64,000 nucleotides of DNA, from NCBI GenBank assembly GCA_000146045.2, contig BK006945.2:896001-960000 (forward strand). The letters are read 5' to 3'. Within the stretch, counting starts at the first letter, position 1, and every line of letters begins with the position of its first letter. Shown here in pieces: positions 57,353 through 64,000 of the stretch. This DNA comes from TPA_inf: Saccharomyces (lineage: Eukaryota). The translations under genes and the position numbers were made by a program. Below the pieces are notes generated by a model. The model saw only the letters and a list, made by a program, of their open reading frames with translations, was not told where the DNA came from and did no database searches.

Positions 57353-58144
57353 TCAAATCAATGGTTTTTCCTCAATTGGAGCGTTCGCATAGATGACGGT
57401 GGGCCTCGATCTCACGCTACACCATAGAATGAAATTCAGTAATGCTCCAACGACAGCCCCCCACATCAAACCCTGGTAGTTCCTACCAATGCTCATTGAA
57501 ATACCGTAATCACTATAGTTATGCTTTAGGATGTATTTGATGTATGAGTAAGTGCCCAAACACGAACCTATACTGACTAATAGGGCGGCAAAGGCGAAAA
57601 ATGAAAAAAAGGCACCAAACCACGTTAGCGGCCTTATGTGGATGATCCAGCGCAATACGTTGAACACTAGATTCACAAAGGTCAAGACAATACCAATAAG
57701 AATGGTAATGAACATACACTTGACCAAATTGTTGTAGTATGTCATTTTACTTTTTAGTTTTTCGGGCAAAACAACACTGGCCACGGAATCCATAAGCTCC
57801 AGAGCCTCATTGTTGTTGATATTGTCATACACTAATGACGATAGGTTAAAATTCTGGATACCGTGAGGCGAAGAACATGATTGGATGTTATGCGAGGAGT
57901 CCACTGTACAGTACGACCAAAGCCCTATATTTATATATGAGGGCAGGCCCAACGAAGATAGCGTAGCAGAACTCAAAGAAGGGAGCACCGTCGATACCTT
58001 CATCTGCGACAGATCCAATTCTGCACAGTAAATTTTATTTATGGGACTGTAATTTTTCGTTGATCCTGCGCATGCAACAATGGCTAATATAAGTGCTCCT
58101 AGCGAAAATATAGCTGCAAAAAATAACGTGAAAAAATTCCTCAT
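57353..58144 (-). CDS. PUN1: PUN1, a plasma-membrane SUR7-family protein (MCC/eisosome, cell-wall integrity), 263 aa
   Basis: 263-aa ORF with four transmembrane helices and a SUR7/PalI-like loop. The N-terminus (MRNFFTLFFAAIFSLGALILAIVACAGSTKNY) is highly similar to that of the upstream paralog ([24 protein letters not shown]). Confidence 0.85.
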   Translation of the reverse strand: MRNFFTLFFAAIFSLGALILAIVACAGSTKNYSPINKIYCAELDLSQMKVSTVLPSLSSATLSSLGLPSYINIGLWSYCTVDSSHNIQSCSSPHGIQNFNLSSLVYDNINNNEALELMDSVASVVLPEKLKSKMTYYNNLVKCMFITILIGIVLTFVNLVFNVLRWIIHIRPLTWFGAFFSFFAFAALLVSIGSCLGTYSYIKYILKHNYSDYGISMSIGRNYQGLMWGAVVGALLNFILWCSVRSRPTVIYANAPIEEKPLI

Positions 58145-59009
58145 GCTTATAGCGTCCTTCGATGATGTGTTTGTTTTTTTCTTAATAGTTCTCTATTGCT
58201 TTAATCAAGTTTCACTACTGCGCAGCGTTGTATGATCTTGATCTAGTTTCTTTTAGTTCTACTTCCAAACAACTGGTCCAGAATGAAACACCACTGGACA
58301 CTCATTGACTACTGAGACATGGAAGAGCAACATTCTCGCGTATATATACTTCTCAGCCAATTTTCCTGCGAGAAGCGCTAAAAATACCGAGCTGGGCTTG
58401 GCTGATAGTACGCCCGATTTGGAAATAACGCTCGAGGCGTGCTGCGTCCTTTTTTGCCTGGCCAGGCCAGGCCGGGTTGTCCCGCACCATTCAACGGCGG
58501 CTATCTGGCGATGTTGAAAGAGGGGGGGAGTGGAGAGGGCTCTGAGGGTCAAGTGGGAGGCTGTGACAGTTCTCATAAGCTGGGCACTGAGATACATGGA
58601 AAGAAATAGGCTGTTCACAGTGTACGTCAATGTGTGGCTGACTAACCGTTAGCGGGGCGGAACCGACATGTCTGGTGCAGTGTATGTAAGAAAAAAAGAA
58701 TGACAATGCATGGCCAAACTTTTGATCTGTGACGTTCGCAAAACGCACTACTTTGCTTTCTGTATGCAATGGGAATGAGGCGTAGCGACATATTAAGAAG
58801 CCTTTTCCATGTGAGGAAGCTTCGCCTTGTTTTCCAGACGCGCTTTTTTTAGGATCAACGAAGAGGAAAAAGGGTTTCACATGTTTCATCTGGAAAAGAT
58901 GGAGACTGAAAAACAAAAAAGCAGAGAAAAGGTCATCCAAGATAGAATAGGGGACCTCGGCTAGGAATCAGGAAGTGTGTTTTGAAAGTCATTCTTTTTT
59001 TTTCAAAAG

Positions 59010-60710
59010 ATGGAGTACTGGCATTATGTGGAAACTACGTCATCGGGCCAACCTCTTCTTCGAGAAGGTGAAAAAGATATCTTTATCGATCAGTCCGTAG
59101 GTCTTTACCATGGCAAATCTAAGATTCTACAGCGACAGAGGGGCAGAATCTTTTTAACGTCACAAAGAATTATCTACATCGACGATGCAAAGCCCACTCA
59201 GAACTCGCTTGGGTTGGAATTGGACGATCTAGCGTATGTAAACTATTCATCTGGCTTCTTGACCAGATCACCTCGTCTGATCCTGTTTTTCAAGGACCCC
59301 TCCAGTAAGGATGAACTTGGTAAAAGTGCGGAAACAGCAAGTGCCGACGTTGTTTCGACGTGGGTCTGCCCCATCTGTATGGTTTCGAACGAAACGCAGG
59401 GGGAATTCACTAAAGACACTCTACCTACACCCATTTGTATCAATTGCGGTGTGCCAGCGGACTATGAGCTCACCAAGTCGTCTATAAATTGTTCTAATGC
59501 AATCGACCCGAACGCCAACCCACAGAATCAGTTCGGAGTGAACTCTGAGAACATTTGCCCCGCCTGTACTTTTGCTAATCATCCTCAAATAGGAAATTGC
59601 GAGATTTGCGGCCACAGATTGCCTAATGCATCCAAAGTACGATCAAAGCTGAACAGGCTAAACTTTCATGATTCTAGGGTCCATATTGAGCTAGAAAAAA
59701 ATTCACTGGCTAGAAACAAGAGCTCGCACTCGGCATTATCGTCCTCGTCCTCGACAGGATCATCGACAGAATTCGTGCAATTGAGTTTCCGCAAATCTGA
59801 TGGCGTATTGTTTTCACAAGCTACAGAGAGGGCTTTGGAGAATATACTCACTGAAAAGAATAAGCATATTTTCAATCAGAATGTGGTTTCTGTAAATGGT
59901 GTAGACATGAGGAAAGGGGCTAGTTCTCACGAATACAACAATGAGGTGCCATTTATTGAGACTAAATTGAGCAGAATTGGCATATCAAGCTTGGAAAAAT
60001 CTAGAGAAAACCAGCTTTTGAACAATGACATTCTCTTTAACAATGCGTTGACCGACCTAAACAAGCTAATGTCGCTGGCTACCAGCATCGAAAGACTATA
60101 CAAAAATAGCAACATAACGATGAAAACCAAGACATTGAACTTACAGGATGAATCAACCGTGAATGAACCGAAAACGAGAAGACCGCTATTGATACTTGAT
60201 AGAGAGAAGTTCCTAAATAAAGAGCTGTTCTTGGATGAGATTGCGAGAGAAATTTACGAGTTCACGTTGTCCGAGTTTAAAGATTTGAACAGTGATACCA
60301 ACTATATGATCATAACTCTGGTAGATCTATATGCAATGTACAACAAATCTATGCGTATAGGTACAGGCCTGATATCTCCCATGGAAATGAGAGAAGCATG
60401 CGAAAGATTCGAGCATTTAGGTCTAAATGAATTGAAGTTAGTGAAAGTTAACAAAAGAATATTATGTGTAACGAGCGAAAAATTCGACGTTGTAAAAGAA
60501 AAGCTAGTAGATCTGATCGGTGATAATCCTGGTTCTGATCTCCTAAGATTGACACAGATTTTGAGTTCCAATAATTCAAAATCAAACTGGACGCTAGGTA
60601 TCCTTATGGAGGTATTACAAAATTGTGTCGATGAAGGCGATTTACTGATAGACAAGCAACTGAGTGGGATTTACTACTATAAAAACTCTTATTGGCCCTC
60701 GCATATATAA
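59010..60710 (+). CDS. VPS36: VPS36, the ESCRT-II subunit with a GLUE domain split by two NZF zinc fingers, 566 aa
   Basis: NZF-type fingers WVCPICMVSNE... and ICPACTFANHPQIGNCEICG inserted after the N-terminal GLUE segment, with C-terminal winged-helix regions. 566 aa. Confidence 0.9.
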   Translation: MEYWHYVETTSSGQPLLREGEKDIFIDQSVGLYHGKSKILQRQRGRIFLTSQRIIYIDDAKPTQNSLGLELDDLAYVNYSSGFLTRSPRLILFFKDPSSKDELGKSAETASADVVSTWVCPICMVSNETQGEFTKDTLPTPICINCGVPADYELTKSSINCSNAIDPNANPQNQFGVNSENICPACTFANHPQIGNCEICGHRLPNASKVRSKLNRLNFHDSRVHIELEKNSLARNKSSHSALSSSSSTGSSTEFVQLSFRKSDGVLFSQATERALENILTEKNKHIFNQNVVSVNGVDMRKGASSHEYNNEVPFIETKLSRIGISSLEKSRENQLLNNDILFNNALTDLNKLMSLATSIERLYKNSNITMKTKTLNLQDESTVNEPKTRRPLLILDREKFLNKELFLDEIAREIYEFTLSEFKDLNSDTNYMIITLVDLYAMYNKSMRIGTGLISPMEMREACERFEHLGLNELKLVKVNKRILCVTSEKFDVVKEKLVDLIGDNPGSDLLRLTQILSSNNSKSNWTLGILMEVLQNCVDEGDLLIDKQLSGIYYYKNSYWPSHI

Positions 60711-60913
60711 GTAATAAATGCATGGTTTGATTACCTGCTCGTAATACTACATTCTCCCAAATAAATAGTTTACATATAAACGCGCGGCTAAACTTCACTT
60801 CGTTACTTGAAATGCCAATAATAACACATAACATAGAGTACAAAATCGGAATAGAAACGCCGACTGAAGAAACACTTTCAATGGCCGAAATACCATTCTT
60901 CCGTTTATCGTAT

Positions 60914-62095
60914 TCAACGGTATCCTCTTGAAATAAGTTCCTTTTCTAAACTATGCCAGAAATAACGCACGACTTCCACATCCTTAAATCTTTTATTTTT
61001 GTCAAGTTCGACCTTTTCTACATTCCATTGCTGCACGTGTTGTGGTACAGAATCACCGGCAAAGTGGAAATAGTAGCCTTTGCAGCGTTGAAATAATTCC
61101 TGTGGCGAATTCCACTGATAGTTATTAAACTGCCACGTATGACCAGTAGTGAAGATAGCGACAACTCTGTCCCAATATTCTGGCTTAGTAAACATCCTAG
61201 TGTTATCGACTATAATAAATCTAATTGGTCTTGATATACGTTCGAAGTTTTTCTCTATGTTAACTAATCCGTTTGGCACTGACGGTAAGTTACGAGGATT
61301 CACGTATTTTGACTCCAGCAGGAACTGTTTTATATTTGCAACAGTTAAAATTGATGACGCAGCCGAAGGAATCAAAATAATTGGATCTTTGCGAGGGCCA
61401 CCTGATGAACCATTTGTTTTGGAAATACGACCGTGCGCGCCCTTATGACCGGGAGGCAATTTAGATCCTCGTAAAGATCCTTTGATCGACTGTACTAATT
61501 TTAGTTCTGCATCTTTTATTAGATAACCAAAGTTGATCGGCTTAGCACCACGCAATGCAGAGTTGTGGTCCACCAATATACGTTCATGTTTCATTGTTTC
61601 CACCACAACTGGATCGGAAACTTCACTATCATTTTCAAGAGATGCTGAAGTGGTTGATTTTACAGTCGACAATTCACCAGCCAAAGTTTTATTTTCTATA
61701 TCTACTTTATCGGATGTCTCGCCTTTCTGACCGGGTGCTTTCAGATATTGGGATGATTCCGTATTGCCAGACAACCAATTTATTAAATCAGTTCTTTGTA
61801 AAAATGAAACATTAGTCAATTGTTTATTCTGACAGTCTGCTAGATAGTCTGCGGCACTTGAGTCCTTATTCATCCAACAATGAACAATTATTCGTAACTG
61901 TACCAATGAACCATCAATCTCAATTTCCGTTTCTTCATTCAATGGAAAACTATCTTGGGTACTACCATCACTGGATAGAGTTTCTACCATGGTTGCTTTC
62001 GTAATATCATCAGTAGACTGTCCCTCATTATTTTTTAGAACCAGTTTATCGCCGTTCTTTAAGTGTTCTCTCAGTCTGTCTAATGAGTTCGCCAT
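60914..62095 (-). CDS. CDC73: CDC73, a Paf1-complex subunit, 393 aa
   Basis: 393-aa ORF with a conserved C-terminal Ras-like Cdc73 domain. Length and position match YLR418C. Confidence 0.88.
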   Translation of the reverse strand: MANSLDRLREHLKNGDKLVLKNNEGQSTDDITKATMVETLSSDGSTQDSFPLNEETEIEIDGSLVQLRIIVHCWMNKDSSAADYLADCQNKQLTNVSFLQRTDLINWLSGNTESSQYLKAPGQKGETSDKVDIENKTLAGELSTVKSTTSASLENDSEVSDPVVVETMKHERILVDHNSALRGAKPINFGYLIKDAELKLVQSIKGSLRGSKLPPGHKGAHGRISKTNGSSGGPRKDPIILIPSAASSILTVANIKQFLLESKYVNPRNLPSVPNGLVNIEKNFERISRPIRFIIVDNTRMFTKPEYWDRVVAIFTTGHTWQFNNYQWNSPQELFQRCKGYYFHFAGDSVPQHVQQWNVEKVELDKNKRFKDVEVVRYFWHSLEKELISRGYR

Positions 62096-62427
62096 AATTT
62101 TTTCACCAGTTTCTTGCTCAAATTATTATTCTTTTAACGCCCCGAATTAAGAAACAGCCTGTTTTGGAAACGCAATTTGAAAAAGGGTGGAATATTCGTT
62201 GAAGTACTTGTTTTAAACCTGTCCAATCGAAATTTTCATCCTTATGCTTTGAGAACAATATTGCGTTGCCGGTTAACCGTCTCGGTGTTCGATGAGTTGA
62301 AAAATTATACACTAAAAAGATACATACTATTCAAAGTTGTAAAAGAGACTCTTAGCTAAGGGAAGTATTAACAATAATCATTCACTTTATACTTTACATC
62401 GCAATTGCTTTCATTAATTTTTGATAA

Positions 62428-64000
62428 ATGGCCAAAAAAACGAAAAATAACTCAAAAAGTTCAACTCCAGTGAATGATGTACCAACAACTGCTGGCAAAA
62501 AGAAAGCAAAAGGAAAAAAGGGACAAGAACCAGAGCCAGAAGATGACAAAAGGGCCAAGCAACAAAGTAATAGAGCAAAAGTGACATCCACAGCAAGCTG
62601 GACAGGTAAATTGCCTCATACAATCTTACACGAAACATGTCAGAAACGAAAATGGAATAAGGTAGAGTATGATATGAAGAAAATCGGTGATAAAGGTTTC
62701 ATTGCAATTGCAGTTTTGTCATTCACTGACCCAAAGACAAAAGAAACATTGACTGCAAGAATGAACGATCCAACCTATGACAAAGCTTCAGGAAAAGGCC
62801 TTGTAATTCCTCAAGAAACTCCAATTGAAGCTAGACACATGGCCTCCACTATTGCGCTATATCGCATTGCATACAACACCAACCTGCACATGATGCTTCC
62901 GCCAAACCATAGAAAAACATGGTATGCCCTCGACGATTTTCGAAAAGATAACCTGAAAACAGACGAAAAGCGTATAAACAAACTATTTGATCTTGATCCC
63001 TTCAAGACAATGGTGGAAGACAGAAAGCTCAAAGCCCAACGTGAAAAAGAACAAGTGGCCCAGAATAATCAAGCACAGAAAGAACAAGTTGCACGAACCA
63101 TTTTATCTAGCCATGGTGGAATTTCTTCTTCTGGAAAGGACAGGCAAGAGAGAAAAGTAGCATCTCATAAAAACTCACATAATCCTTCATTAGTGCGGTT
63201 TCCAAAAAAGGTTTGGGAAAATTCTATATTTGTTGACCTTGATGAATCGTCTAGACAACTGATAGAAACTTCATTGAAAGAGAAAATTGATTGGCAAGCT
63301 AAAAAAATTAGCCATAAAAATGAGACAATTGCTGAAAATCGGGAAGATCTCAAGGCAAAATTATTAACTCTACAATTTAGACCAAAACACGTAGAGGAAG
63401 CCATGCTTTATAAAGATCCATTGTCTTTCTTATTGTTTAACTTACCGGAAGATGATTTACCACCATTTTTTCATAAAAAGAAAGGTGATACAAAAAACAA
63501 GGTTGAAATAACAAACCTACCGTTATCAACTAGAATGATCGTTGAGCGTTTAACAGAAATTGGTGTCTCTTCAGATGAAGCCTTATTGGCTTTACAACAA
63601 AACGATATGAATGAAAATGAAGCGGCCGGGTTCTTGACGAGGGAAATTTTACCAACTTTAAATAGCAATACGAATGAACCTGTATCAGAAACTGAATCTA
63701 TAGAATGTTGGAACCAAGAGCTAGAGAGCCTAGAGAGCATTTATGAGGGCTGCGTGATGGACGCCAAGGAAGATTCACACTACACGCTCAATTTAATTGA
63801 AAAACTCAAAATAAAATTGAAAGTATATAGAACCAAAAATTATCCTGCATCATTACCTGGTATTGTAGTTTCAACCTTTGATAAAAATTACAAGCTACCT
63901 GATTATATTAAGAAACAAATATTAACCAGGTTACTGCATTATCTCCAGGAAGGAAATCTAATAGGCGATATGTTAGTATATCATATTTATGAATGGTTGA
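62428..64000 (+). CDS. 5' portion (first ~524 codons; continues beyond the window) of the YLR419W-like putative DEAH/RHA-family helicase with N-terminal UBA and RWD domains
   Basis: The ORF is open from the ATG at 62428 to the window end. It has a Lys-rich N-terminus, a UBA-like segment (VSSDEALLALQQNDMNENEAAGFL) and then an RWD-like segment (CWNQELESLESIYEGC...). It is absent from the supplied ORF track only because there is no stop codon inside the window. Confidence 0.8.
   Translation, partial: MAKKTKNNSKSSTPVNDVPTTAGKKKAKGKKGQEPEPEDDKRAKQQSNRAKVTSTASWTGKLPHTILHETCQKRKWNKVEYDMKKIGDKGFIAIAVLSFTDPKTKETLTARMNDPTYDKASGKGLVIPQETPIEARHMASTIALYRIAYNTNLHMMLPPNHRKTWYALDDFRKDNLKTDEKRINKLFDLDPFKTMVEDRKLKAQREKEQVAQNNQAQKEQVARTILSSHGGISSSGKDRQERKVASHKNSHNPSLVRFPKKVWENSIFVDLDESSRQLIETSLKEKIDWQAKKISHKNETIAENREDLKAKLLTLQFRPKHVEEAMLYKDPLSFLLFNLPEDDLPPFFHKKKGDTKNKVEITNLPLSTRMIVERLTEIGVSSDEALLALQQNDMNENEAAGFLTREILPTLNSNTNEPVSETESIECWNQELESLESIYEGCVMDAKEDSHYTLNLIEKLKIKLKVYRTKNYPASLPGIVVSTFDKNYKLPDYIKKQILTRLLHYLQEGNLIGDMLVYHIYEWL

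Noticed and set aside
58259-58940. Overlapping 123-aa and 149-aa minus-strand ORFs in the PUN1-VPS36 intergenic region
   Set aside because: They overlap each other in different frames within a GC-rich divergent promoter and have no domain features (YLR415C/YLR416C-type dubious ORFs). The GC-richness itself is reported as a finding.

Overview
The window is a gene-dense nuclear segment of a Saccharomyces-type yeast. Its gene order, strands and protein lengths match the right arm of S. cerevisiae chromosome XII, roughly YLR386W to YLR419W. I identified the genes from memory of the protein sequences and lengths together with synteny; no database was queried. It contains about 30 protein-coding genes. 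The 3' end of a VAC14-like gene comes first, followed by REH1, RPS29A, STE23, ECM19, CCW14, ART10, ATP10, CST9/ZIP3, COX8, VPS33, AFG2, SKI2, BDF1, DUS3, SFP1, SEI1/FLD1, DUS4, RPL31B (two exons with a canonical intron), a YLR407W-like gene, BLS1, UTP21, VIP1, CTR3, BER1, a YLR413W/INA1-like gene, PUN1, VPS36 and CDC73, and it ends inside the 5' part of the YLR419W helicase. The main accessory feature is a full-length, structurally intact Ty2 LTR-retrotransposon (45192..51150). It has identical 332-bp LTRs, a 5-bp target-site duplication CTTCT, TYA and TYB with the CTTAGGC +1 frameshift site, a primer-binding site and a polypurine tract. It sits exactly between the copper-responsive promoter elements/TATA box of CTR3 and the CTR3 ORF, which fits the known Ty2-disrupted CTR3 allele of S288C-type strains. 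I could not support any rRNA, tRNA or CRISPR feature. Two candidate 5' leader features are a possible 5'UTR intron upstream of RPS29A and URS1-like motifs at the ATP10/CST9 junction. Other points are tandem Rap1 sites in the RPL31B promoter, a 33-bp coding minisatellite in CCW14, alternative in-frame starts of STE23, and a few unusually GC-rich intergenic blocks. Nothing in the window looks like an undescribed biological system. It reads as ordinary, well-studied yeast core genome with one young Ty insertion.
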